A DNA stretch of 64,000 nt from Chiloscyllium plagiosum (lineage: Eukaryota). Under the pieces are notes generated by a model. That model was not told the origin of the DNA, made no database searches, and was given only the letters and a program-made list of their open reading frames with translations. Numbering within the stretch: the first letter of the stretch is position 1; every line of letters starts with the position of its first letter. The translations under genes and the position numbers were made by a program. Location of the stretch: the NCBI RefSeq assembly GCF_004010195.1, contig NC_057718.1, positions 6,767,240-6,831,239 of the forward strand, read 5' to 3'. Of the stretch, positions 37,229 through 49,930 are shown piece after piece.

Positions 37229-38237
37229 TTGCAGACAGTGAGGACTGCAGATGCTGGAGATCAGAGTCGAAGAGTGTGGTGCTGGAAAAACATAGCAGGT
37301 CAGACAGCATCCGAGGAGCAGGAGAATCAACATTTCAAGCATTAGCCCTTCATCAGGAATGGGGTGGGGGCCCAAGGGATTTGGGGCTGGGGGCAAGGGT
37401 TGCTGGGAACGCCATAGGTAGATGAAGGTGGGGATGATGGTAATAGGCTGGAGCAGAGGGTGGAGCACTTAGGTGGGAAGGAAGATGGGCAGGTGGGACA
37501 GTTCAAGAGGGCAGTGCCGAGTTGGAGGGTTGGATCTGGGATGAGGAGGGGAGAGGGGAGATAAGGAAACTGGTAATATTGACATTGATTCCGTGTTGTT
37601 GGAGGGTCCCAAGGTGGAAGGTGAGGTGTTCTTCCTCCAGGCGTCAGGTAGATAGGCGTTCGTGGTTGGGGATGTCCAGGACTTGCATGTCCTTGATGGA
37701 GTCAGAGGGGGAGTTGAAGTGGTCTGCCACAGGGTGGTGGGGTTGTTTGGTGTATGTGTCCCAGAGATGTTCTCTGAAACGTTCTGCAAGTTGGCATCCT
37801 GTCTCCTCAGTGTCAAGGAGACCACACCAAGTGCAATGGATGCAGTATATGAGGTGTGTGGAAGTGCAGGTAAATGTCTGAAGGATGGCTATTGCTCTTG
37901 ATATGGTCTCAATGTCAATTTTACCAGTTTCCTCATCTCCCCCTCTTCCCACCTGATCCCAGATCCAACCCTCCAAATCGATACTGCCCCCTTGAACTGT
38001 CCTACTTGTCCATCTTCCTTCCCACCCTCCTCTCCAACCTATCTCCATCACCCCCCACCTTAATCTACCAATCGCATTCCTAGCTACCTTCCCCCAGCCC
38101 AACCCTGCCTCCCATTATCTCTTAGCCCCCTTTCCCCCTGCCCACATTCCTGATGAAGGGCTTTTGCCCGAAACACCAACTCTCCTGTTCTTCGGATGCT
38201 GCCTGACCTGCTGTGTTTTTCCAGTCTCACTTTGACT
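37229..38237. mobile_element. Penelope-like element: GIY-YIG fragment with inverted pLTRs and 12-bp TSD
   Basis: Minus ORF FTCTSTHLIYCIHCTWCGLL..ETGCQLAERFREH..HPVADHFN. The segment 37905-38235 is an inverted copy of the 3' part. CTGCTCCACTTC flanks it at 37217-37228 and 38238-38249. Confidence 0.9.
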
Positions 38238-39079
38238 CTGCTCCACTTCCCTGCCTGCTCCCCAAATCCCTGGATTCCCGAAGAGAGAATAAACCTCTGG
38301 CTTCAATGTCCTGACAGACAGCGGTGTTGGAACAAAGGTGTGTTAGTATCAGGGCCATGCAGAATGTGCAGACTGTCAGGTCTTTGGCTGGTTTGATGAA
38401 CAATTTAGGCTGAGCAGGCCCAGTTCACACTGTTTTCTGACTGTTACCACGCATTCACACCTACAGGGTCTTCCCCACCACTCACACTACTTAAAGAGCC
38501 ATCTAGCTAAATTACTGGGAGGTGCTTTGCACAGAATCAGAATGTTACAGCACAGAATGCGAGCACTTGCCCTTTGGGGTAAGTTGCACTATCCACCCTT
38601 TCCCTCGCACCTTGCAATATTTTATTTCACTATTTATAAGGTCAGCCGATCCTCAATTTAACTTAATGTAAAATACTGCAGACACTGGAAATCTTAAGTA
38701 AACACGGAGAACGCTGGAGGAACTCAGCATCTGTGGAGAGAGAAAAACAGAGTTAACGTTTCAAGTCCAGTCTGACTCCTCCTCACTGAAGCTAATGCTG
38801 CTGTGCTTCAACTTTCAACGCTTGCTCCCACTTTAAATTACAAAGTTTGATGAGAAAGTGTAACCATGAATTCTTAGAGGAGTTTTGAAAACTTGTTGCA
38901 TTGAAACATGGAGGTCAGAGAGACGCCTACACAATAAGAACAGAAATTCTGATGGAGTTACAGTTTCGACTGAGTCAAAATGTGTCAGAGGTTTGGATCA
39001 AATGTTACCTCTCCATCACCTTGCATTCGATGTGCAACCACGCAAAGATCATGTCCATGCATCCTGGCAATAGCTCCAG

Positions 39080-40242
39080 TACTTTCAGAAAGCCTTTGAT
39101 AAGGTCCCACATAGGGGATTAGTGTGCAAAATTAGGGCACACATGGTATTGGGGGCCAGGTTTTGACTTGGATTGAAAATTGGCTGACTGACAGGAAGCA
39201 AAGAGTAATGATAAACAAGTCCCTTTTGGAATGGCAGGCAGTGACCAGTGGGGTACCACAAGGTTCGGTGCTGGGACTGCAGCTGTCTACAATTTATATT
39301 AATGATATAAATAAAGGTATTGAAAGTAATATTAGCAAATGTGCTGATGACACAAAGCTGGGTGGCAGGGTGAAATGTGAGAAGAATGTTATGAGAATAC
39401 AGGGAGACCTGGACAGGCGAGGTTGGACGCATGGCAGATGCAGTTTAATGTGGATAAATGTGTGGTTATCCACTTTGGTGGAAAGAACAGGAAGACAGAT
39501 TACTACCTGAATGGAGTCAAGTTAGCTAAAGGGGAAATACAACGAGATCTAGGTGTTCTTGTACATCAGTCAATGAAAGCAAGCATGCAGGGCAGGCAGT
39601 GAAGAAAGCTAATGGCATGCTGGCCTTCATAACAAGAGGAATTGAGTGTAGGAGCAGAGAGGTCCTTATGCAGCTGTACAGGACCGCACCTGGAGTATTG
39701 TGTGCAGTTTTGGTCTTCAAGTTTGAGGAAGGGCATTCTGGCTATTGCAGGAGTGCAGCGTAGGTTCACAAGTTCAATTCCTGGAATGGTGGGACTATCA
39801 TATGTTAAAAGATTGGAGCGACTGGGCTTGTATACCCTTGAGTTTAGAAGGATGAGAGGGGATCTGATTGAGATGTATAAGATTATTAAAGGATTGGACA
39901 CTCTGGAGACAGGAAGATGTTTCCATTGATGGGTGAGTCTAGAACCAAAGGGCTCAGTTTAGAAATAAGGGGCTGGCCATTTAGAACAGAGTTGAGGAGA
40001 AATGTTTTCACCCTGAGGGTAGTGGGTGTATGGAATGCTCTGCCCCAGAAGGCTGTGGAGGCCAAGTCTCTGGATACTTTCAAGAAAGAGATGGATAGAG
40101 CTCTTAGGGATAGTGGAATTGAGGGTTATGGGGATAAGGCAGGAACAGGATACTGGTTGTGGATGATCAGCCATGATCATAATGGATGTTGGTGCTGGCT
40201 CGAAGGGCCGAATAGCCTTCTCCTACCTATTGTCTATTATCT
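39080..40242 (+). mobile_element. CR1 LINE RT-to-3' fragment
   Basis: SGVPQGSVLGLQLSTIYIND..KCADDTKLGG and LYTLEFRRMRGDLIE. Ends in CCTATTGTCTATT. Confidence 0.92.
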
Positions 40243-41405
40243 CAAACCTCTATCCTGAGATAGTGGAACTATCCTACCATCTATGGGTCACTATGATTGG
40301 CTGTTTGATGACAAGAACTACAAACTCTAGCTTATGTCTACCTTTTGCCACCCAATAAATTCAAAGAAGAAAATTCCAAAACAATCATGCAACAAGGGCA
40401 GAGAAATGAGATGTAAATTCAATTCCTTCAGAGAGACAGCATGAATACAACAGACCGAACAGATTCCTTCAGGACAATAGAATTGAATTGAGGTAATTTT
40501 AAACTGACCAGGCAGGAAACCCATGGGATTAGATGGTTTGACACACTTCCTGATACTAGACCTCAGTGGACAGTGAGATTAGATGGAGTGGGAAGTCAGA
40601 CTAACTTCCCATCCCCTCAGTTTCCTTACTGCTGAGGCAGACCAAAGTTATTCATTATACTCCAATCCTTAGCTGATGTTAAAGAATCTATTTTCCTTCT
40701 CATGTCTGGGCTTGAACACTGCAGGAGTGTGGGATCCATTACTTGGCTCAATGCCAACTCCTCTCTGCCGATAACTGACTGATCGATTGTGCAACAAAGC
40801 TATAACAGCACTGGGCTCACCCCAACAAACAATCCTTGGGTCCTGTGGGTATAGCTGGGCCTCCAGCACTGATCCTATCGCAGGCCAACCACAGATTGGA
40901 GGTTGTGTAACTTGGAGCATGGATTCCAAGTTTGGGGCAGAAGTGTCCTTGTGAGACTTGTTTAGTTGCCTCTTCCCAACCCCCAAATGCACTTTAGAAC
41001 ACGCTGTCCAAGGAATGTTCATGGCTGAAGGGTTGTAAGTGATACAAATGTTTTGATGTTTGAAGGGAACATGGCATTCTGCGGTGTTGAATTTGAGATG
41101 CTTGGTGTCAGTCCAGAAGAAGTCTGGATCTTTCAACTGGTTAACCTTCTGCTTGAGATCTTTTCAGTTGGCTGATGATGAACTTTCTGCTGGGGGATGA
41201 AACAGTCTTTGCATTTATGCATCATTTTTAGTGCACTCAAGATAACACACGACACCCTATAGCCAGTGAGTAACTTTGTCCACATACACAAAGACGAACA
41301 CCAATTTGTCCAAAGTAAGGTCCCACACAGAATGAATAAGATAATAGTCTGTTGGTGGTGCTGTGTATAAAAGGAGAAATCTTGGCAAAGACACCAGATA
41401 TTTCA

Positions 41406-41836
41406 GAGACATTCCATTGTGGTTTGCTTAGACAAGTTCATTAACTTGTTCATGTCAAACATCCTTGTGGTTTTATTTGTCAAGGATAATTAGTCAATCA
41501 CAGTGAAATTCCAGTGTGGTTTAATTTGACAAGTTAGTTAACACCTTCCTGTGAAATGTTTGTGTAGTCGAGTATCGTTAGTTAGCTGACAGACTCCAGT
41601 GATGTTCTCCCATGACTGAGTCTGGCCATTCAGTTAACTAGTTCCAGTGAAATTTTCCAGTGGTTATGAGTTTAACAAGTCGATTAAGTAGCTCATGTGA
41701 AATTGCCCCAAGGTTTAACAAGTGAATGAATGAGGCTCCGTGAAAGTCCCCTGTGATCTAGTTTGCCAAGTTAACTAACGAGGCCCTACTAAAATTCTCT
41801 GACAACTTGGTTTGATGAGTTAATTAATGAATCTCA
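41406..41836. repeat. Degenerate 48-bp tandem array, about 9 units
   Basis: Unit starts 41406, 41454, 41503, 41551, 41599, 41647, 41697, 41740, 41788. Approximate consensus GTGAAATTCC.TGTGGTTT.GTTTGACAAGTTAATTAAC..GCTCCA. Confidence 0.85.
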
Positions 41837-43677
41837 ACACATTCTCATTGAAAATGAGTTGATTGAATTGATGAAGAGATCATGTAGGCAGCCAGAGCAT
41901 GGTGGTAATATTATTGGGCCCGTCATCAAAAACCTCAAACTGATGATCTGAGTGTGTGGGTTTGAATCTCTCCCATGGCATATGGTGAAATTTAAATTCA
42001 ATGAAGAGCTAGCCTAATGGTGGCCATGTGGCAACTGTCAATTGTTATAAAATCCCATCTGGCTCATGAATGCCCTTTAAGGAAGGAATTCTGTTGTCCT
42101 TAGCTGATCTGGCCTATGCATGACTCCAGACCCACAGCAATGTGGTTCTCCCTCAACTGCCCTCTACACAATAAATGCTGGCCAACTGAGTGATATTCAC
42201 ATCTTGTGAGTGAACTTCAGAGAAGGACAAGGCTGAATTAAGCTAGAAAACATATTTGACTCAGGTGGGGAATACTCGAGAGGCTGAGTGGCCTACACCT
42301 ACTCTGATGCCTTATGATGTTATGGCTATGTCCTGCAGGTCTGGCATCAGAGGATATCATGGAATAAAGGTCAACAACCATAATCTCACTCGAAGTTCTT
42401 GGCTGACCAACAATATATTAAGCACAGTTTGAAAAGTGACACTGATGTTCTCACAAGCTTAATCACTGATTTATCTATCATTTGAACAGCCATCAGAACT
42501 TGTTTGTTTCCTGTTAATTCATGGCAAGCTCACCTGCCCATAGTGCACATGAGGATAATGGAATCCTGGAGTAATATGGGAGGCAATGGCTTAGTGGTAT
42601 TTATCGCTGGATTGCTAACTCTGGGACCTGTGTTCGAAGCCAGTCATGGTGGAATATGAATTTAATAAATATCTGGAATGAAGAGTCTAATAATGTACCA
42701 TGAAGTGATTGTTGAAAACACCCCATCATTAATGCCCTTGAGGGAAGGAAATCTGCCATCCTTTCCTGATCTGGGCGACATGTGATTCCAGACCCACAGC
42801 AATGTGGTCGACTCTTAACTGCGCTCTGCTAAATTAGGGATGGGCAATAAATGTTGCCTAGCCAGTGCCACCCTCATCCCAAGAGCAAATGAAGAACAAT
42901 AGATGTGTTGCAGTGCAGAAGGAGATCTGTCAGGGCCTTTCTCTCTCCACTAGCCTTCAAAAGGAGCAATTCAGACAGTGCCACTCACCTGTGTTACTGC
43001 ACAGTCTGAAAATACCTCCTTTCAATATGACAATCCAGTTTACTTTTGAGAAAGCAATAGAGAGCTTTCCATAGAAGTTGCTGGAAAAGCTCAGCATGTC
43101 TGATGGCATCTGTGTAGAGAAATCAGAGTTATCATTTGGGGTCCAGTTACCTTTCCTCAGAACTGACGGTAGCTAGAAAAATGTTGGTTTATATGCAGAC
43201 GACATTTTCTGGGTGTTTTTTCTGATGTACAGCATTTGCAGTTCTTTCGGTTTTTATGAGAGAACTATCCATGTTGTCCTAGGATAGCCATTGTGCTGTT
43301 CAGGACGGAGATGCAGGATTTTAACCCAGTCACAATGAAAGGTTAGTGATATATTTCCAAATCAGAATGCTGTGACTTGGAGGGGAACTTGCAGGTGGTG
43401 GTTTTTCCCTACGTCTACTCCTGTGCCCTTCGATGTGGTATAGGTCACTGGTTCGGAGGATGTTGTTGAAGGAGCATTTAGCAACTGTTGCACTTGCTGT
43501 ATTCTTTTTCCATTATTATTCATTTCAGAGGATGTGGGAGTCACTGACTGGGCCAGCATTTATTGCCAATCCCTAATTGCCCCTTGACTTGGTTGGCGAA
43601 AGGTAAACCACATTGCTGTGGGTCTGGAGTCACATGTAGGCCAGACCAGGTAAGGATGGCAGATTTCCTTCCTAAAA

Positions 43678-44025
43678 GATGGCTCAGTGGTTAACACTGT
43701 TGCCTCACAGCACCAGGGTCCCAGGTTTGATTCCAGCCTCAGGTGTCTGTCTGTGTGGAGTTTGCACATTCTCCCCATGTCTGCATGGGTTTCCTCTGGG
43801 TACTCCAGTTTCCTCCCACAATCCAAAGATGTGTAGATTAGGTGAATTAGCCAAGCTAAATTGCACATTGTGTTAGGGGATGTGTAGGTTAGTTGCATAA
43901 GTCAGGGGTAGAGTAATAGGGTAGGGGAATAGGTCTGGGTGGGTTACTCTTTGGAGGGTCAGTGTGATTTTGTTGGGCCGAATGGCCTGTTTCCACACTG
44001 TAGGGATTCTATAAATCTATGATTC
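43678..44025 (+). mobile_element. HE1-type SINE inserted into a second-family SINE
   Basis: HE1 motifs. The host SINE continues at about 44030-44140. Confidence 0.85.
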
Positions 44026-44234
44026 TGTGAAGATATTACCAAACCAGATGGGCTTTTAAAACTGATTACTATTAGGTTAACGTTTTAATTGCACTTTTTA
44101 AAATTGAATTCAAATTTCTCCATCTACCATGACAGGATTATTTGTATAGAGACAGTGTGTAAGAATGTGGGGAAAAAAACTGAGATTGGCATTAGATCAT
44201 ATTGAAGAGCTAGTAAAGGAATGATGGTCTGAAT

Positions 44235-44690
44235 GTCATAGAGTCATAGAGGTGTACAGCATGAAACAGACCCTTCGGTCTGACCCATCCATGCCGACCA
44301 GATATCGTAAATTAATCTAGTCCCATTTGCCAGCATTTGGCCTACCTTCCTCTGAATCTTTCCTATTCATATACCCATCCAGATGCCTTTTAAATATTGT
44401 GATTGTACCAGCCTCCACCACTTCTTCTGGCAACTCATTTCATTCACGCACAACCGTTTGCGTTAAACAGTTACTCCTTAGGTCCCTTTTAAATCTTTCC
44501 CCTCTCACCTTAAACCTATGCCCTTCTAGTTTTGGACTCCCTCACCCTGGGAAAGAATACCTTGCATGTTTACCCTATCTGTGCCCCTGATGATTTTATA
44601 AAACTCTATAAGGTCACCCCTCAGGCTCCAACCCTCCAGGGAAAACAGCCCCAATTTATTCAGACTCTCTCTAAAACTCAAACCTTCCTT
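44235..44690 (-). mobile_element. CR1 3' fragment
   Basis: Minus ORF LSFRESLNKLGLFSLEGWSLRGDLIEFYKII. Confidence 0.88.
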
Positions 44691-45480
44691 CTGCACCAAA
44701 CCGCTTCTGGAATGATGTAGCACCGGGATTAGAAGCAGGGATCAGCCATTCGGCCCATCAAATCTACTCCGCAATTCAATCCGATCATGACTGATCTTGG
44801 GTTTCAACTCCAATTTCTGCCCGTCCATTGTATTAATGAGAGATGAAAATCTGTTTCTCTCTCTCTCTCTTCCTCTCTCTTACAGCCGTAACTGTAGCCA
44901 TTGATGGGATGTTCACAACCCTCTGGGATGAAGAATTCCAAAGATTCTTCCAAGTGAAGACAATTGCCCATATCTCAATCCTAAATGATAGGCCCCACAT
45001 CCTGAGACTGGCCTCTGCGTTTTAGATTCCTCAATCAACGGAAACAATCTCTCATTCTCTATTGTTCCAGGCCCTTCCCACAGCCTTCTTTGGTTCAATA
45101 CGAGATTCCCCTCATTCTTCTAAATGCCGGAAAATCGGCATATGGATTCGGAGCATGACAAGGCAAATTTACCTCTGAAACATGCTCTGCCATTCAAAAA
45201 CATTGCTCAACTGTGACTGCAATTCACTTTCCTGTCTAACCCTACCATTATCGTTGACTCCCTTGTTAATCAAGGATCTATTTAATGCAATTTTGAATAT
45301 GTTCAATGACACACACCTGCACTGTTCTCTGAGGAAGACAATTCCTCAGCTCAACAAATCTCTGAAACAATAAATTCTTCCTCATTGACTTAAATAGACA
45401 ACCTCTTATTTATAAATGCTTCCTCTTAGGCAGTTATTCCCCACAAGGGGAAACATCCTTCCACTATTTACCTTGACTAG

Positions 45481-45896
45481 GAGAAAGTGAGGACTGCAGA
45501 TGCTGGAGATCAGTGTCGAAAAGTGTGGCGCTGGAAAAGCACAGCAGGTCAGGCAGCAACCGAGGTGCAGGAGAATCGATGTTTCGAGCATAAGCCCTTC
45601 ATCAGGAATGAGGGTAGGTGGAGTGGGAGAAGGGAACTGAGAGATAAATAGGAGGGGGGTGGGGCTGGGGGGAAGGTAGCTTGGAAGGCAATAGGTAAAT
45701 GTAGGTGGGAGGAGATACCTATCGTCTTTCAAGCTACCTTTCCCCCCAGCCCCAGCCCCCTCCTATTTACCTCTCAGTCCCCTTCCCCCACTCCGGTTAC
45801 ATTCCTGATGAAGAGCCTACGCTCGAAACATCGACTCTCCTGCTCCTCGGATGCTGCCTGACCTGCAGTGCTTTTCCAGCGCCACACTTTTCAATG
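45481..45896. mobile_element. Fold-back Penelope pLTR pair with TSD
   Basis: 45520-45700 and 45715-45892 are inverted copies. ACTATTTACCTTG flanks them at 45463-45475 and 45897-45909. Confidence 0.88.
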
Positions 45897-46394
45897 ACTA
45901 TTTACCTTGTCGAGTCTCTTCAGAATCTTATATTTTTCAACACCATCACCTCTCCTGCTTCTAAACTGCAATGAGTGTAGACTCAATCTTTCAAACCAGC
46001 AAACAACCCAGTGAATCTCCTTCTAACATAAGTACAAGTCTCTTTAAGTAAGGGACCAAACTCTATGCAATACCCCAGGTGCAATGTCTTCAAAGCTTTG
46101 TAAAGTTGCCATAGCCCCAGAGGACCAGTCTTTCATTAGAGAGAAACAACTGGTGGTGGTTTAACCTGAAGATTATCATGCTTCAAGTGAGGGGAAAGAT
46201 TGAGCAGGAGAGTCCTTCATGACAACATCAGCTGTTGTGGGAATTGAACCCCATATTGTTGGTGTCACTTGGCATCACAGCTGTCTGACCAACAGATCTA
46301 ATTGATCCCAAATCCCTGTACAACACCCTACTTAAACATTTATTCTCCTTGAAAGAAACATCAAGTTACATTTCCTTTTGTAATTACTTTTGAC

Positions 46395-46620
46395 TTGAAT
46401 TGATTTATTGTTGTAATGTGTACCGAGATATAGTGAAAAGTATTGTATTGCATGTTAACCAGGCAAATCATACCTTAGACAAGTACATCAGAGCAGTGGT
46501 ACAGAATGCAGGATAAAGTGTTACAGCTACAGAGAAGTTGCAGAGAAAGATCAACTCTAATACATGAGAGGTCTGTTCATAAGTCTGATAACAGCGGGAA
46601 AGAAGCTGTTCTTGAATGTG
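46395..46620 (-). mobile_element. Rex1/Babar LINE 3' end
   Basis: Matches the 3' end of the longer copy at 58270-58490. Confidence 0.75.
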
Positions 46621-48000
46621 TACTTACTGTCCTGGCATGCTAATGTTTGAAATTCCTGCACAAGGGCACCTAGATCCTATAGTACTGCAGCATTGTTCCA
46701 CCTTGTTCTGTGTAATTTGGCTTGATGTGATACCTCGCTCTACCTATGAGTTCAGATCACTTTCATGAGGCAGCCAAAGAAATTAAGAATGCACTGCAGC
46801 TTGGACAAACAGATTCTTGAGTCATATTGAAAAGAGAGACACGCTACTGAAGGTTCTCATCCTGCACTTATCAGGACCAATGCAAGAATGCCGAATCTTA
46901 AAAAAATCACAACAATTTATTTTCTAGGAGAAAAAGCACATCAAATGGTGCATTATCTGACACCCAATTTAAGATGAATATTAGGGCTCATGACATGGTT
47001 CATTCAGGCTTGAGAAAAGCAATATACAGTCATATTTGTGACAAGGCATACAAGGCTATTGGCCAAATGCTGGAAATGGGATAAGAATAGTTAGATGATT
47101 GTTTATGGCTCGCACAGAGGTGATGGGCTGAAGGACCTTTTTCTGTGTTGTAGACCTCTATGTCTCCATGACTTTCTACACAAAAGAAGAAATATGTTTA
47201 AGGCATGTGCCTTTTTGGAATTACCTAGAAATCAGGGAGACTATGGTTCCCCGTTGTTTTCTTATGGCAAGGCCTTAGTCAACCAGAATTGGTTTGCCAA
47301 ATGAACAAATGTTCCCTCCTGTGATAGAAATTGTTGTGGCTGTTTAAAATTTGGCATTCTTGCAATTATCCTGATGCATGCAATACACAAAACCTCAGCA
47401 ATATATCTCTTTTCAGTAAGATTCAGGAAAGAATACCACTCAAGATTGAAACTTATTCCCTGAGGGATGGGACTGTTTTTTTTTTGTCATGGTATCATAA
47501 ATCTGTTTTTTATATATATGCATATTTGTGCAAAACTAACGGAAACGCAATCTTCTGACATTATCTTTAAAGAGACAAACTGACGGGTGTTTGGTACAAA
47601 ATGTTTTCTTGGAACTCAACAGTCACATCGCCAGTAAAACCAGGAATGAAGTGATTTTGTTATTCCTTTCACCCATTGTGACAATTAATGTGCTTCCAAA
47701 ACCATACGCGCCAACAAACAAAGTAGCAAGAACAAACCGTGGTGAACCTACGATAAGTGTCCCATTCCTCACAAATATTGTGATATTTTTCTTCTTTCTT
47801 TCTATATTGCTGTGCGTGTCCAGTCTTGGGAACAAAAAGAATGCAGAGCCTGATATGATCATGTGAGATGAGTAGCACAGTTGCATTTCAAGAGAGGATG
47901 GTGAACCCACAAGGGAGCAATCAATAGAAAGTTCTGTCAATGGGGTTAGATGAAGACTAGGACACTGTTCGTGTGAAATGCAAATATTGTCATTGCCCCA

Positions 48001-48056
48001 TTATGGCGAGTGTCCTGGTCCATTGTGTTATGGCGAGTGTCCTGGTCCATTGTGTT
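48001..48056. repeat. 27-bp perfect tandem duplication
   Basis: TTATGGCGAGTGTCCTGGTCCATTGTG x2. Confidence 0.95.
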
Positions 48057-48702
48057 GTGCATACAATCAAACGGATGTAAGCTTGTGGTTTGACTCTGTT
48101 TGGTGCTGTTCCAGAAACAGAAGGAGGGTTTTGTAAAGATGTAATGTAAACACTCCATTTGTGTTTTTGAACATCATAGACAAATTGGCAGAGATCAGAG
48201 CAGTCTTGCCCTTTAACGGGGACTATTGCCAAATGCATACAACCATTGAGCCAGCCTCATCACCTATAACAGGACAGTCGAGAAATCAATCATTTACAAC
48301 CAGATATAATGAAGTAATCAAAACCTGTGCAATTTAGCTTAACATTTCATCATACCGCCCACCACCTTCTCTTTCCTGGTCTCCCTTATTTTGATCATAA
48401 TGCCTTCATTTCTCCAAAAGGGAAATGTAGTCTCACCTGGCATGACAAGCGATTAGTTACAGCTACCCAACAGAGCTACCGAGACTTCCAATAATTACTT
48501 TGAACGCGTTCCTCAAATATCACTGAAATCGTATGTTTCAATGCATTCATTTTCAGAATGCAGATATCGTAGGTGAGGCCAATGTTTGCTTTCCATCTTT
48601 CAAGGAGATGGGAGTGGTGAGCTGTCATTTTAAACCACAGCAGCCTACACAAAAGTAGAGCAAACCTGTTGTTAATTGGCATCTATGGGACCAGGACTGT
48701 GC

Positions 48703-48872
48703 CTGATGCATCAGGAATGATGAAGGGCTCCTGCCCGAAACATCGATTTTCCTGCTCCTCGGATGCTGCCTGACCTGTCCTGCTCCTCGGATGCTGCCTG
48801 ACCTGCTGTGCTTTTCCAGCACCACTCTAATCTTGGTTCTAATCTCCAGCATCTGCAGTACCCACTTCCGCC
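48703..48872 (+). mobile_element. Penelope pLTR with internal 28-bp duplication
   Basis: CCTGCTCCTCGGATGCTGCCTGACCTG repeated at 48751 and 48779. Confidence 0.8.
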
Positions 48873-48894
48873 TTGGAGAAATTGTTCCCAATAG

Positions 48895-49205
48895 GGGCGG
48901 CACGGTGGCTCAGTGGTTAGCACTGCAGCCTCACCGCGCCAGGGTCCCAGGTTTGATTCCAGCCTTGGGGGAACTGTCTGTGCGGAGTTTGCACATTCTC
49001 CCCGTGTCTGCGTGGTTTCCTCCGGGTACTCCGGTTTCCTCCCAAAGATATGCAGATTAGGTGGATTGGCCACGCTAAATTGCCCATAGTGTTAGGTGCA
49101 TTAGTCAGAGGGAAATGGGACTGGGTGGGTTACTCTTCGGAGGGTCGGTGTGGACTTGGTGGGCTGAAGAGCCTGTTTCCACACTGTAGGGAATCTAATC
49201 TAATC
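48895..49205 (+). mobile_element. HE1-type SINE, full length
   Basis: GGGCGGCACGGTGGCTCAGTGG head through the AATCTAATC tail. Confidence 0.9.
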
Positions 49206-49635
49206 ATTAAAGGATCGACAATGAGTGGCCACAGATTGAAAGTGATTTGCACGCATTGTAGATGTGATGTGAGACAAATAACTTTTCAGACAACAAGTGG
49301 TTCATGTTTGACAAACACTGTCTGGAAGTGTGATGGAGTGAGGTTCAACTGAGGCATTTATTATTTGAATTGACACGTTGTGTGGGGAAAAGATGGGTGA
49401 GTGGTGCTAAGTTATAGTGCTCATTCAAGAGCTGGAGAAAGTGTGTAATAGCAGCCTGCTGTGCAGTAACCACCTCTGTGATTCCCATTAACATTTTGAT
49501 TCCCTTGTCTAATAAGAATCCACCAATTTCCACCTTTAAAATATTTACTGACCCTGTACCCACAGCTTTCTGAGGTAAGGAGTTCAAAGTAGCACAATCC
49601 TCAGAGAGAAAAAAATAAATTCCTCAACTCTGTTC

Positions 49636-49930
49636 GGGCGGCACGGTGGCACTGCTGCCTCACAGTGCCAGAGACCCGGGTTCAATTCCTGCCTGAGGCG
49701 ACTGACTGTGTGGAGTTTGCACATTCTCCCCGAGTCTGCGTGGGTTTGCTCCGGTTTCCTCCCACAGTCCAAAGATGTGCAGGTCAGGTGAATTGGCCAT
49801 GCTAAATTGCCCATAGTGTTAGGTAAGGGGTAAATGTAGGGGTATGGGTGGTTTGCGCTTCAGCGGGGCGGTGTGGACTTGTTAGTCTGAAGGGCCTGTT
49901 TCCACACTGTAAAGTAATCTAATCTAATCT
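49636..49930 (+). mobile_element. HE1-type SINE, young subfamily with small deletions
   Basis: Close to the copy at 2165-2481, with an (AATCT)n tail. Confidence 0.9.

Noticed and set aside
41406..41836. CRISPR-like interpretation of the periodic array
   Set aside because: Eukaryotic context, no identical repeats with unique spacers, and no cas genes.
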